A stretch of 61,076 nt of DNA, the filler included. It is 7 parts of 7 records of this genome, joined end to end, with 100 filler letters (N's around TTAATTAATTAA, not from the genome) between each part and the next. Parts side by side here need not be neighbours in the genome. Positions count along the whole stretch, not along the records: positions 1 to 8,411 come from SRR31156797_26101; positions 8,512 to 14,188 come from SRR31156797_26106; 5 more parts are not named here. One strand, 5' to 3'. This document shows positions 1 to 9,785 of this stretch, one piece after another (position 1 is the first letter of the stretch; every line of letters begins with the position of its first letter). A program made the translations under genes and the position numbers. The notes below the pieces were generated by a model, which made no database searches, was not told the DNA's origin, and saw nothing but the letters and a program-made list of their open reading frames with translations.

Positions 1-80
1 CACGAGAGGACTCGTGCGGTAGCGGGGGGTCTTTAATGATTTATTGCTTGAGAACGCGATGCAATCGCGCACTAGCGGGG
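1..80. repeat. Two REP-like palindromic units at the contig edge
   Basis: cacgag-agga-ctcgtg..tagcgggg (1-27) and cgcgat-gca-atcgcg..tagcgggg (55-80): short hairpins, each followed by the same TAGCGGGG tail. Confidence 0.4.
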
Positions 81-303
81 ACAATATTAGTCCTTCGGCC
101 TTAAGCAAACAATATTGTTCTAATTATAATACAAAAGACAAACCTGCTTCGCAGGTTAATAAAAGTTAAATATTTTACATGCATCAATCTGTATATATCA
201 CATATTCTGCACATTAACGCAATAAACTAAAAGTAATTTGTTCAAATTAAAAAATCTATTGAAACTCCTGTATTCAATTACCGTAACAGGAAGAAACAGA
301 GTG

Positions 304-375
304 AGTTTTTTCATAAATTAGGGTTTAGGTTAAGTAAATAAAAAGAGCTGTTCATTTTGAGCAGCTCTTTTTTAT
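304..375 (+). ncRNA. Candidate paralogous sRNA copy 1 (TTTTCATA.ATTAGGGTTTA.GTT motif plus terminator)
   Basis: The same motif recurs at 7207 and 7298; each copy is directly followed by a hairpin. Confidence 0.5.
341..375 (+). terminator. Intrinsic terminator
   Basis: aaaagagctgttca-ttt-tgagcagctctttt followed by a T-run. Confidence 0.75.
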
Positions 376-408
376 TTTTTATTCAGCTCAAATAAGCTGT
401 AAAAGTAT

Positions 409-416
409 TACTTTTG
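409..416 (+). promoter_or_regulatory. Bacteroidota -7 promoter element
   Basis: TACTTTTG matches TAnnTTTG, about 20 nt upstream of tsaB. Confidence 0.6.
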
Positions 417-435
417 CAGGGTTAAAACGCATAAT

Positions 436-1143
436 ATGGCACTTATTCTTTCGTTGGAAACTTCTACCAAAGTTTGTTCTGTTTGTTTATCTCAAGGAGA
501 ACAGATCATCGCAAAAAAGGAATTGTTTGAGGCAAATTCGCATGCCACACATCTTACAGTTTTTATTCAGGAATTATTTAAAGAGTTGGATAATTATATG
601 ATAAACGATGTAGATGCGATTGCGGTTAGTAGTGGGCCTGGATCTTATACCGGATTAAGAATAGGCGTTTCTGTGGCCAAGGGAATTTGTTATGCATTGA
701 GCAAACCGCTGATTGCGATTACTTCATTAGAAAGTCTGGTGCATGGTATTAAGTCAAATGAGGATATCAAAAGCCAAATAGATGAAAAAACGCTGTTTTG
801 TCCGATGATTGATGCCCGAAGAATGGAAGTTTATACTACTTTGTTTGATGCGCAATTAAACATGAAGCAGGAAATCACAGCCGAAATTATAGATGAGAAC
901 AGTTTTCTTGAAGAACTAAAGCATCATAAAATTGTTTTTATGGGAGATGGTGCTGATAAGTGTAAAAAAACCATTACACATGACAATGCTATATTTATAG
1001 ATGGCATGGCACCTTTGGCGGCTAATATGATATCATTGGCAGCGCAAAAATTTGAAAAAAAAGAATTTGAAGATGTGGCATATTTTGAACCATTTTATTT
1101 AAAAGATTTTGTAGCTACTACACCTAAAAAGAAAGTTCTTTAA
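436..1143 (+). CDS. tsaB: tRNA threonylcarbamoyladenosine biosynthesis protein TsaB
   Basis: ILSLETST start, GPGSYTGLRIG motif, IDARRMEVY, C-terminal EPFYLK. Confidence 0.95.
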   Translation: MALILSLETSTKVCSVCLSQGEQIIAKKELFEANSHATHLTVFIQELFKELDNYMINDVDAIAVSSGPGSYTGLRIGVSVAKGICYALSKPLIAITSLESLVHGIKSNEDIKSQIDEKTLFCPMIDARRMEVYTTLFDAQLNMKQEITAEIIDENSFLEELKHHKIVFMGDGADKCKKTITHDNAIFIDGMAPLAANMISLAAQKFEKKEFEDVAYFEPFYLKDFVATTPKKKVL

Positions 1144-1145
1144 AA

Positions 1146-1161
1146 TGGCCTGAATATTGCT
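1146..1161 (+). promoter_or_regulatory. Putative sigma54 (-24/-12) promoter
   Basis: TGGCCTGAATATTGCT fits TGGCACG-N4-TTGC, 30 nt before the DUF3108 ORF. Confidence 0.55.
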
Positions 1162-1190
1162 TTACCTGTTTTAAACCAAAACTTTTTACG

Positions 1191-1970
1191 ATGGTTAAGC
1201 ATTATCTGATATTTATTTTTCTGTGTTTATCTCTTGTGCTAAATGCAAAAGACAAAACAGAATCAGCGACTTATAAGCCGGGAGAGACCTTAAACTACAG
1301 TCTCAAATACGGCTTTATTAAAGGAGGTAATATTTCCTTTAAGGTTAAGGATACTTTGTGGAACGGGCTACAGACTCATGAGCTGGAGTTATTTGCCAAA
1401 ACATCCGGTATGGTGGATGCTATATTTAAAGTCCGCGATAAATATTCCAGTTATATCGATCCTTTATCAGATCAACCATTAAAATCAATCCGAAATATAC
1501 GAGAAGGTCGTTATAAATATTATAACGAAGTAACTTACGATTATGAGAATCTAATAGAAGATTCTATCTCAGTACAAAGTAAAAAGTCCGGAGAAGTTCG
1601 CGTTCCGCCTAATATTCATGATATTGTTTCTGCCTTTTATTTTGCCCGCCGTTATAAATTCAATGATCATATGCGCAAGGGTGAAATATTGGAATTCACC
1701 ACCTACTTCGATGATGAAATTTTCCCCTTAAAAATTAGGTATATGGGAAATGAAACGATTAATACAGAGTTTGGCAAGACGGAGTGTTACTTGTTTCATC
1801 CTGTAACCGAGGTAGGAAGGATGTTTGAAACGGAAGAAGATATGAAGATATGGGTTACCCGAGATAAAAATCACATCCCCATTAAAGCCAAGGTAAATCT
1901 AAAAGTGGGCTCCTTTACTTGTGAGTTAATAGACTATAAAGGTTTGGTTAACAGATTTGGAGAAAAATGA
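1191..1970 (+). CDS. DUF3108 family secreted protein
   Basis: Signal peptide, GETLNYSLKYG, FKVRDKYSSYID, KIWVTRDKNHIP. Confidence 0.8.
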   Translation: MVKHYLIFIFLCLSLVLNAKDKTESATYKPGETLNYSLKYGFIKGGNISFKVKDTLWNGLQTHELELFAKTSGMVDAIFKVRDKYSSYIDPLSDQPLKSIRNIREGRYKYYNEVTYDYENLIEDSISVQSKKSGEVRVPPNIHDIVSAFYFARRYKFNDHMRKGEILEFTTYFDDEIFPLKIRYMGNETINTEFGKTECYLFHPVTEVGRMFETEEDMKIWVTRDKNHIPIKAKVNLKVGSFTCELIDYKGLVNRFGEK

Positions 1971-2078
1971 TTATTCGGTAACAGACTGCCAATAAAAACA
2001 ATTAATTGTTAGCAAATTTGAGGATTTGCTTTATTTTTGCACTTTCTAAAGATTTACAAAGAATTAATATATAATACT

Positions 2079-2648
2079 ATGGCAACTACATCTGATATTA
2101 GAAACGGGATGTGCATCGAATTCAAAAACGATTTGTATGCAATTGTGCAGTTTCAGCATGTAAAACCGGGAAAAGGGCCGGCTTTTGTTCGTACTAAACT
2201 TAAAAATGTATCAACTGGTAAAGTTATTGATAATACTTTTTCTGCAGGACATAAAATTAATGAGCAGCGAGTGGAGCGTCGTCAATACCAGTTTTTATAT
2301 AAAGAAGAAATGGGTTATGTTTTTATGCATAATGAAACATATGAACAAGTGACTATCGAAGAAAAGATTATTGAAAACTTTGACTTCTTGAAAGATGGTT
2401 TAATTTGTGAAATTGTGTATCATGCAGATACAGAAACTCCATTATTGGTTGAATTGCCAATGCACATTGAGTTTGAAGTAACTTACACCGAACCGGGTGT
2501 TAGAGGAGATACTTCTTCAACTAACTCATTAAAACCAGCAACTGTTGATACAGGTTCTCAAATTATGGTTCCTTTATTTGTGAATACAGGAGACTGGATT
2601 AAAGTAGATACAAGAGACCGTTCATATGTTGAACGTGTGAAGAAATAA
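2079..2648 (+). CDS. efp: Elongation factor P
   Basis: [34 protein letters not shown]; start moved to ATG 2079; TATTTTTG -7 element at 2032-2039. Confidence 0.97.
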   Translation: MATTSDIRNGMCIEFKNDLYAIVQFQHVKPGKGPAFVRTKLKNVSTGKVIDNTFSAGHKINEQRVERRQYQFLYKEEMGYVFMHNETYEQVTIEEKIIENFDFLKDGLICEIVYHADTETPLLVELPMHIEFEVTYTEPGVRGDTSSTNSLKPATVDTGSQIMVPLFVNTGDWIKVDTRDRSYVERVKK

Positions 2649-2664
2649 TTCACCTATTATTTTT

Positions 2665-2690
2665 AGCCCTGTTTTAAACAGGGCTTTTTT
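2665..2690 (+). terminator. efp terminator
   Basis: agccctgt-ttta-aacagggct-type hairpin followed by a T-run. Confidence 0.8.
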
Positions 2691-2807
2691 AATGCTTATT
2701 CGCATAAATTAGTTTATTAGTTGTTGATTGATTGGTTCAATACCACAGGTACACTTCCTTTCATCAAAAAAAATTAATAACTTACAGCGCATAATGTTTC
2801 ATGTGAA

Positions 2808-4040
2808 ATGGTAACTCAGCTTCAGAAAAAAAGATTGCGGCTATTTAAAGACAGGCTGAATATACTTTTGGACATTGCTCAAACGATCAATGAAGACCAT
2901 AGTATAGATGACCTGTTGTCTGAATTTGAGATTCTGTTGCGCGAGGAATTGGAGGTAGGTAAAATATTGGTATTTACCCTATCTGACAATAAATGGGAGA
3001 ATCTCTTAAATTCGGGTGTTACCAAAGATGAGGTGGCTAATATTGATGTGGAAAGAGATTTAATTCAATATCAGACCATTGAAAACATTACCATTTCGCA
3101 TCCTCCACAACTAAAAGGTTTCGATGCCGTTATTCCACTATTTCACCGTTACAAAGCCATTGGTTATGTGTTAATTGGTGATGTGGATGAAGAACATACC
3201 GGCATCAGTCCAACCATTAAACACCTGAAATTAATTCAGATCATTTCCAACCTGATTATTGTATTTATTGAGAATAAACGAATGCAGGATCAGTTGCTGG
3301 AACAAGAAGCGATGCGTAAAGAGATGGAGCTGGCTTCGCGTATTCAAACCAAGTTGGTGCCGGCTGATGATCATTTACCGGTGAGTACAAAATATTCGCT
3401 GCATACCTTTTATCATCCACAATTTGAAGTCGGTGGCGACTATTATGATTTTGTTCGTTTGTCGAAAAATGTATTGGGTTTTTGTATTGCCGATGTATCT
3501 GGAAAGGGAATTTCTGCCGCTATGTTGATGTCTAACTTCCAGGCAGTCTTTCGTACTTTATATACGCCACGCATAAGTTTAAAAAGGCTGGCTCATTTAT
3601 TAAATCGAAAGGTTAATCTGAGCGCCAATAACGAGAAGTTTATTACTATGTTTTTGGGTAAGTACAATACTATTACCCGCAAACTGACTTATATAAATGC
3701 CGGCCATTTACCACCCATGCTTTACGATCCTAAAAAGAAGCATTTATCCAATCTGGAAAAAGGATGTATTGGTTTAGGTATGTTGGATGAGATTCCTTCG
3801 ATAGAAATGGGAAAAATAAGAATTCCTAAGCATTCTAAATTTCTGGCTTTTACTGATGGTTTGGTAGAATTGGAAAATGGTGATCAGATTGAATCCGGCA
3901 TGAAACCTATTGAAGATATCATTTCGAATAATGATACCATTGAACAGAATATGGATGACCTTAAAAGTTTAATTAAAACTCAACTAGAAAGAGGCTCCGT
4001 TTTTGACGATATCTCCATTACTGGCATTGAGTTTAAATAG
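2808..4040 (+). CDS. PP2C/SpoIIE (RsbU-like) serine phosphatase with N-terminal GAF-like region
   Basis: VGGDYYD, IADVSGKG, NAGHLPP, FTDGLVE, DDISI motifs. Confidence 0.9.
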   Translation: MVTQLQKKRLRLFKDRLNILLDIAQTINEDHSIDDLLSEFEILLREELEVGKILVFTLSDNKWENLLNSGVTKDEVANIDVERDLIQYQTIENITISHPPQLKGFDAVIPLFHRYKAIGYVLIGDVDEEHTGISPTIKHLKLIQIISNLIIVFIENKRMQDQLLEQEAMRKEMELASRIQTKLVPADDHLPVSTKYSLHTFYHPQFEVGGDYYDFVRLSKNVLGFCIADVSGKGISAAMLMSNFQAVFRTLYTPRISLKRLAHLLNRKVNLSANNEKFITMFLGKYNTITRKLTYINAGHLPPMLYDPKKKHLSNLEKGCIGLGMLDEIPSIEMGKIRIPKHSKFLAFTDGLVELENGDQIESGMKPIEDIISNNDTIEQNMDDLKSLIKTQLERGSVFDDISITGIEFK

Positions 4041-4119
4041 TACTTAAGAAACCAATAAGCTACAATCACATAATATTTCGGTTTTAAAGATCATATTATT
4101 GTATGATATATTGATAGTA

Positions 4120-4266
4120 CAACTCCTCTGGAGTTGAATAAATGCATATCAATTTTAATCTATAAATATGTATCCCCTCTGGGGATATTTCAAACAACTT
4201 CAGAGAAGTTAAATATTTATAGAATATTAGTCACAGCCTATCAATTACAACCCCGCAGGGGTTGAA
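4120..4266. repeat. Cluster of REP-like short palindromes
   Basis: caactcc-tct-ggagttg, atcccc-tct-ggggat, aacttc-aga-gaagtt, caacccc-gca-ggggttg; inverted tctataaatat/atatttataga flanks. Confidence 0.55.
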
Positions 4267-4426
4267 CTCTCACAAATGAAACAACAGCTCTGCATTGAGT
4301 CTCGCTATGTCGAAATAATTTATACATCTTGTTGAATTAGGCAAAAATACTATACCATTTCTTATAACAGCCTTATTTTTTTGCAACGAAGCGTGACGCT
4401 TCGCTGAACAACGAATGGTTTGCATA

Positions 4427-4460
4427 AAAAAAGAGCTGCTCAACAAATGAACAGCTCCTC
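4427..4460 (-). terminator. Terminator of the YfhO-family gene
   Basis: gagctgttca..tgagcagctc plus T-run on the minus strand, just after the stop at 4471. Confidence 0.7.
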
Positions 4461-4470
4461 AAGTTATATC

Positions 4471-6993
4471 TTATTTTTTCTCTTCATGACTTTTTATCAT
4501 TCGATAAGCTCCAACAACAATTAACCAGATAATTAAAATGGAACTAATTAAGGCGATCATTTGACCTGTTTTGTAGGATGTAGGTTCAAACTTAAACTCA
4601 ACTTTATGCTCTCCGGCAGGCAACATCAATGCTCTTAATATATAATTAGCTCGTTTAATATCTACCTTCTTATCGTCTATATAAGCATTCCAACCTTTAG
4701 GGTAATAGATCTCAGAAAAAACAGCTAATTGATCCTGTGGAATACTGTAATCGTAGGTTAGGTGGTTCGGTTCGTAAGCGCTTAGTTTTATACTACCCGC
4801 TACCGAATCTACTTTATAGCTTTCTAAATCCTTAAACTCACTTACATTTATAATGGCATTCTCGGCTAAAGGCACATATTTTAAGGCATCAATGGCTCCA
4901 TCCGGTGCATCAACAGGATACACTTCTTTTACAAACCAGGCATTACCCAGGTTATTGTAATTAATGATTGGATTGGCATTAGGATTATACACCACAAATC
5001 GTGTATTCAGCATATTGATAACCGGCATATCGGCCAGCTCTTGTTGTAATTCTGTTTCGCTGCCTTGCTTTTGTAAAACACCTATTAAAGTCTGCCAGTC
5101 ATTCATCATATAACGATCAATCAAATCCTGATAACGACGAAGTTTAGCTCCGTGATATCCCCCAATAGATTGATGATGATAGGAAGTGTTGGCATCTTTA
5201 AATGGATCGCGGAATATCGTAAATACTCTTTCTCCATCCTTCTCCATTGCATTAATAGCTTTATCAGATGGTGTTAAAGCAAATTCATTTTTCAGTTTTC
5301 TGTTACTTGTAAAATGATCACTATTTAAATAACGCTTATCAACAAACCATAAATCAATTATAATCAATAATCCAAGACCCCAAATTAGATATTTGGCACT
5401 TAATTTATTAGTGGCGTAAAACCAAATAGAACCGGAAGCAATTAATATAAAACCAAATGAACGGATAGCATCATCTTTTAATAAAGCTGCACGTGCCACT
5501 TTTAAATTCGCTAAGAGTCCGTCAAAAAACTGAGATACCTGTGCTGCTTGACCAGCATTTTGCTGCAATACTTGTTGTTTTTGTTGCAGTAAACCAGCTA
5601 ACTCACTATCACTAATAAAAGAAAAGAATGCTCCGGGGAATAAATAAAACAACAAACTAAGTCCACCTGTTAAACCAAAGGCCGTAAAAAACTTCCAGTT
5701 TTCATCTCTAATCAAATTCGGTTTATTAATGACTTCTTTTAAACCCATAAATCCTAGAGCTGGTATGGTCATAGAAGCAATGACAAGTGCCATCTCAACC
5801 GTTCGGAATTTATTGTACAGCGGAAAATAGTAAAACATAAAATCGGTAAAGACAGGAAAATGCCTTCCCCAGGCCAGGAATATGGAGAAAATAGTTCCGG
5901 CAATAAGCCACCATTTATCTGGTCCTTTATAATAAAAAGCACCCAGCATAAATAAGAAGCAAACAATAGCACCGGCATAAACAGGTCCTTGTGTAAATGG
6001 CCTTCCTCCCCAATACTGGCTTTGTTGACCAACAGTTTCTTTATATCTACTTTCTACATTTTCTAATGCAGAAGGATTATTGGCAATGGCTTCTGATGCT
6101 CCACCTACCACATTCGGAATCATTAAAGTAAATGTTCCTGGTTTTTCTAAACTCCAGGAATGTGCATAAGTCTTATCTAGTCCGCTGTGTTGTTTTTCTC
6201 CGTCGTCTGCTTTTAAATCTGATTTTCCTCTGATACTATATTTACCGTATTCGTAGGTAGTCCATAAGTTACTAATATTGGGCAATACTGCCAAAAATGC
6301 AGCTATTACAAGTATTCCGGATGCCTTGGCAAACCGATTCAATGTTTTGTGCATAATGGCATAGACAAAACGACCAATAACCAGTATCATTACCAGTAAG
6401 GCTAAGTAGTAGGTAATTTGTACGTGATTATACGCAATCTGTAAGCCTAATGCAATGGTGGTAAACAAAGCTCCAATCCACATATTCCGGTTATAAGTAA
6501 ATATTATTCCGGCAACCACAGGTGCCATTAAGGCAACAGTATAAGCTTGAGTAATGTGCCCAGCAATAATGATTATAAGGTTATAGGAACCAAACCCGAA
6601 TGCAAGAGACCCGATTAAACTGAGTTTCCAATCCATTCTTAGACTCAACAGGAATACATAAAAACCAAGTAGGTATAAAAATAAAATAGCAACGGTATGG
6701 TAAGGAAGTCCTAACCTAAGCGTTTTATTAATGTAGGAGAATAAATTTTTGGAAGCATCACCTTTAATTTGATATGCCGGCATTCCACTAAATGCGCTGT
6801 TGGTCCACTGCGATTTTTTTCCGGTAGCTTCTTCAAAGGCTTTTACTTCCTGTGCCATGCCAATAGCATGACTGTTATCCATTTGATGAAGCGTTTTGTT
6901 TTTTAGAACAGGGCTAAAGTACGCAAAGCTTAAAATTACAAATAATACTATGGTGCCTATATATGGTAAGGCTGACTTTAATTTATCGATCAT
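4471..6993 (-). CDS. YfhO family membrane protein (GT-C-like glycosyltransferase)
   Basis: WTNSAFSGMPAY, many TM segments, SIGGYHGAKLRRYQD, FSEIYYPKGW, RANYILRA. Confidence 0.85.
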   Translation of the reverse strand: MIDKLKSALPYIGTIVLFVILSFAYFSPVLKNKTLHQMDNSHAIGMAQEVKAFEEATGKKSQWTNSAFSGMPAYQIKGDASKNLFSYINKTLRLGLPYHTVAILFLYLLGFYVFLLSLRMDWKLSLIGSLAFGFGSYNLIIIIAGHITQAYTVALMAPVVAGIIFTYNRNMWIGALFTTIALGLQIAYNHVQITYYLALLVMILVIGRFVYAIMHKTLNRFAKASGILVIAAFLAVLPNISNLWTTYEYGKYSIRGKSDLKADDGEKQHSGLDKTYAHSWSLEKPGTFTLMIPNVVGGASEAIANNPSALENVESRYKETVGQQSQYWGGRPFTQGPVYAGAIVCFLFMLGAFYYKGPDKWWLIAGTIFSIFLAWGRHFPVFTDFMFYYFPLYNKFRTVEMALVIASMTIPALGFMGLKEVINKPNLIRDENWKFFTAFGLTGGLSLLFYLFPGAFFSFISDSELAGLLQQKQQVLQQNAGQAAQVSQFFDGLLANLKVARAALLKDDAIRSFGFILIASGSIWFYATNKLSAKYLIWGLGLLIIIDLWFVDKRYLNSDHFTSNRKLKNEFALTPSDKAINAMEKDGERVFTIFRDPFKDANTSYHHQSIGGYHGAKLRRYQDLIDRYMMNDWQTLIGVLQKQGSETELQQELADMPVINMLNTRFVVYNPNANPIINYNNLGNAWFVKEVYPVDAPDGAIDALKYVPLAENAIINVSEFKDLESYKVDSVAGSIKLSAYEPNHLTYDYSIPQDQLAVFSEIYYPKGWNAYIDDKKVDIKRANYILRALMLPAGEHKVEFKFEPTSYKTGQMIALISSILIIWLIVVGAYRMIKSHEEKK

Positions 6994-7206
6994 GTCGTTT
7001 TTATTTTTGGCTGCCTAAAAATAGATAAAATGCTTAGATAGTGCAATGTTAACATTGCAGATTTAGAAGTTGTAATTCGAAGCTAACCTCACTTAATTCT
7101 TAATAAAGGTGAATTTTAGCTAACCTAAAGTTAACACATGTTAATATTGAAGCTAAAAATCAATGTTTGGTATAGACATTGTAATATTATTCTTCGAAGA
7201 GCAATT

Positions 7207-7272
7207 AAGTTTTTCATAGATTAGGTTAGGGTTTAAGTTTTATAATCGAGGTGTTTATCACCTCGATTATTT
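7207..7272 (+). ncRNA. Candidate paralogous sRNA copy 2
   Basis: aagtttttcatagattaggttagggtttaagttt followed by hairpin ataatcgaggtg/cacctcgattat. Confidence 0.5.
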
Positions 7273-7297
7273 ATCCAACAGTAAAAAAGAAATAGTT

Positions 7298-7357
7298 AAG
7301 TTTTTTTTCATAGATTAGGGTTTAAGTTTAAGGCATCTCCTCGGAGGTGCTTTTTTT
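7298..7357 (+). ncRNA. Candidate paralogous sRNA copy 3
   Basis: aagttttttttcatagattagggtttaagttt followed by hairpin gcatctcc/ggaggtgc and T7. Confidence 0.5.
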
Positions 7358-7362
7358 ATGCA

Positions 7363-7396
7363 CAAAAAAAAGGCAATCCAAAATAGATTGCCTTTT
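7363..7396 (-). terminator. glyQS terminator
   Basis: aaaggcaatc..gattgccttt with a T-run on the minus strand. Confidence 0.7.
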
Positions 7397-7415
7397 GATA
7401 TATATTATCGAATCC

Positions 7416-8411
7416 TTATACTAAATTCTTAAATACGTTTTTCATACTTACTTTTTCATTTAAGATACTTTCCAGGTTTTCAATGCTAACGCGCTCTTGT
7501 TCCATGGTGTCACGATAACGAATAGTAACCGTATTATCTTCTAGCGTTTGGTGATCAACCGTTATACAGAATGGTGTTCCGATTGCATCCTGACGACGGT
7601 AACGTTTTCCAATTGAATCTTTTTCGTCGTACTGAAGATTGTAATCATACTTTAATGTATTTACAATTTCACGCGCTTTTTCCGGCAAACCATCTTTTTT
7701 CAACAATGGTAAAACAGCCATTTTTACAGGAGCTAAAACTGCTGGTAATTTTAATACCACACGTTTTTCTTTTTTTCCATTGGCATCTTCCACGTCCTCT
7801 TCTGTATAAGATCCTGCCATCATACTTAAGAACATACGGTCGACACCAATTGATGTTTCCACTACATATGGAACGTAGCTTTTATTTAATTCCGGATCGA
7901 AGTATTGTAATTTCTTACCTGAATATTCCTGATGCTGCCCTAAGTCAAAGTCGGTACGAGAGTGAATTCCCTCTACCTCTTTAAACCCAAATGGCATACG
8001 GTATTCAATATCGGTAGCAGCATTGGCGTAGTGTGCCAGTTTTTCATGATCGTGGTAACGGTAGTTCTCATCTCCCATTCCCAAGGATTTGTGCCACTTC
8101 ATTCTGAACTCTTTCCAGAATTCAAACCATTTCATTTCTTCGCCTGGACGAACAAAAAATTGCATTTCCATTTGCTCAAATTCGCGCATACGGAAAATAA
8201 ACTGACGTGCTACAATCTCATTACGGAATGCCTTACCGATTTGAGCAATACCAAATGGAATTTTCATACGTCCGGTTTTTTGAACGTTTAAGAAGTTTAC
8301 GAAAATCCCCTGAGCAGTTTCCGGGCGTAGGTAAATTTTACTAGAACCATCAGCCGTTGAACCCATCTCTGTTGAGAACATCAGGTTAAACTGGCGCACA
8401 TCAGTCCAGTT
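7416..8411 (-). CDS. glyQS: Glycine--tRNA ligase (alpha2 type), 5' truncated by the contig end
   Basis: YLRPETAQGIF, GKAFRNEI, FRMREFEQME, SIGKRYRRQDAIGTP. Confidence 0.95.
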   Translation of the reverse strand, partial: NWTDVRQFNLMFSTEMGSTADGSSKIYLRPETAQGIFVNFLNVQKTGRMKIPFGIAQIGKAFRNEIVARQFIFRMREFEQMEMQFFVRPGEEMKWFEFWKEFRMKWHKSLGMGDENYRYHDHEKLAHYANAATDIEYRMPFGFKEVEGIHSRTDFDLGQHQEYSGKKLQYFDPELNKSYVPYVVETSIGVDRMFLSMMAGSYTEEDVEDANGKKEKRVVLKLPAVLAPVKMAVLPLLKKDGLPEKAREIVNTLKYDYNLQYDEKDSIGKRYRRQDAIGTPFCITVDHQTLEDNTVTIRYRDTMEQERVSIENLESILNEKVSMKNVFKNLV

Positions 8412-8511
8412 NNNNNNNNNNNNNNNNNNNNNNNNNNNNNNNNNNNNNNNNNNNNTTAATTAATTAANNNNNNNNNNNNNNNNNNNNNNNNNNNNNNNNN
8501 NNNNNNNNNNN
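8412..8511. other. Artificial contig linker
   Basis: N44-TTAATTAATTAA-N44; stops in all six frames. Confidence 0.98.
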
Positions 8512-9095
8512 CAGGCGGCGCAGTCCAGGGTGGGAAAGGTCTTGTCAAACTGGAGCATGTGGCCCCCGATGGTGGAATCCTTTTCCACGAGATACGCCTG
8601 CAGCCCGGCGTTGCCGATGTCGATGGCTGCCTGCATCCCGGCGATGCCGCCGCCGACGATCAGGATGTCGGGATTGATGGAAACCGTTCTCGATTCAAGG
8701 GGCTGGTGGAAATTGACCCGGTTGAGGGCGGCGGCACTCAGGGTCATGGCTTTGCGGGTGGCGCTGTCCCTGTCGTCCGTGACCCAGGAAACCTGTTCCC
8801 TGACCGAGGCCATCTGAAAGTTGTAGGGGTTCATGCCCGCCCGCATGCAGGTGCTTTGGAAGGTCTTTTCATGAAGCCTGGGAGAGCAGGAGGCCACCAC
8901 GATCCGGTTGAGGCCGAACGCCTTGATATCCTTCTCGATGAGTTCCTGGCCGGGATCCGAACACATGAACTTGTAATCCCTTGACACCACCACGTTCTCC
9001 ATGGAGCGGGCATAATTCGCGACGTCTTCCACCCGCACCATTCCGGCAATGTTGATTCCGCAATGACAGATATAGAATCCGGTCCTGATGGTCAT
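8512..9095 (-). CDS. hdrA: Heterodisulfide reductase subunit A-like flavoprotein, N-terminal part
   Basis: GFYICHCGINI, MCSDPGQ, VVASCSPRLHE, GGGIAG, DKTFPTLDCA. Confidence 0.9.
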
Positions 9096-9096
9096 G

Positions 9097-9504
9097 TTAC
9101 CCTCCCCTCTTTGTATCCGTGTCACCGGCTGGCCGGTTCAGGGTGTTGATAAGGCCAAGAAGCTCATCCTCCTGAAGGGGTTTCTCCAGAAAAGGAAACC
9201 GGGAAGCCGGTTTCAGGCCGTTATGGGCATGGATGAGCCGATTGCGAAAAAATAACGATTTCAATGGAATGGGGGAGATGAAAATCACCGGCGGCGTGAT
9301 ATCGCAACCGCAGAAGGTCAGCGCTCCCTCTTCCGGAAGCATGGCATCCACGATCATCAGATCGGGACAGCAGGATTGCTGCAAGCAAGTGCCGTCCTCA
9401 ACCCCCTCGGCACAGTGGACGATAAATCCGTGATTTGTCAGAAGCGTCGTCAGGAAAGCCCTGGTTTCAGGCTCCTGATCGACGACAAGAATGGAACATG
9501 CCAT
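9097..9504 (-). CDS. Single-domain, possibly atypical, response regulator receiver
   Basis: ILVVDQE, PDLMIVDAMLP, PVIFIS, FLEKPL. Confidence 0.75.
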   Translation of the reverse strand: MACSILVVDQEPETRAFLTTLLTNHGFIVHCAEGVEDGTCLQQSCCPDLMIVDAMLPEEGALTFCGCDITPPVIFISPIPLKSLFFRNRLIHAHNGLKPASRFPFLEKPLQEDELLGLINTLNRPAGDTDTKRGG

Positions 9505-9565
9505 GGCTCCGTCTCCTTGTGGCTGAAGATTTTTTTTGGCCGGCTTTGTTCTCTGGGAACAATAC

Positions 9566-9582
9566 AGCACTATCCGTGCCAA
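9566..9582 (-). promoter_or_regulatory. sigma54 promoter for the receiver-hdrA operon
   Basis: Minus strand TTGGCACGGATAGTGCT (GG -24 / GC -12). Confidence 0.75.
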
Positions 9583-9754
9583 GACTATGGAATTGGAGAC
9601 GATTTGTCCCGGACGCCATGATTCCCGGGGCTATGGTTCGGAGAAAAGGATATAGAAAAGACAAAAGAATGAATCATAATCATAAAATATTGAAACATCC
9701 ATGCAACATATCAAAAAAACAAATCCTAAGAGGGGGTTGATTCAGGATTACACA

Positions 9755-9766
9755 TGTTGCGCAACA
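9755..9766. promoter_or_regulatory. Candidate upstream activator sequence
   Basis: Perfect palindrome TGTTGCGCAACA about 175 nt upstream of the sigma54 site, with nearby TGCAAC half-sites. Confidence 0.45.
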
Positions 9767-9785
9767 CCTGTGCAACTCTGCTGCA

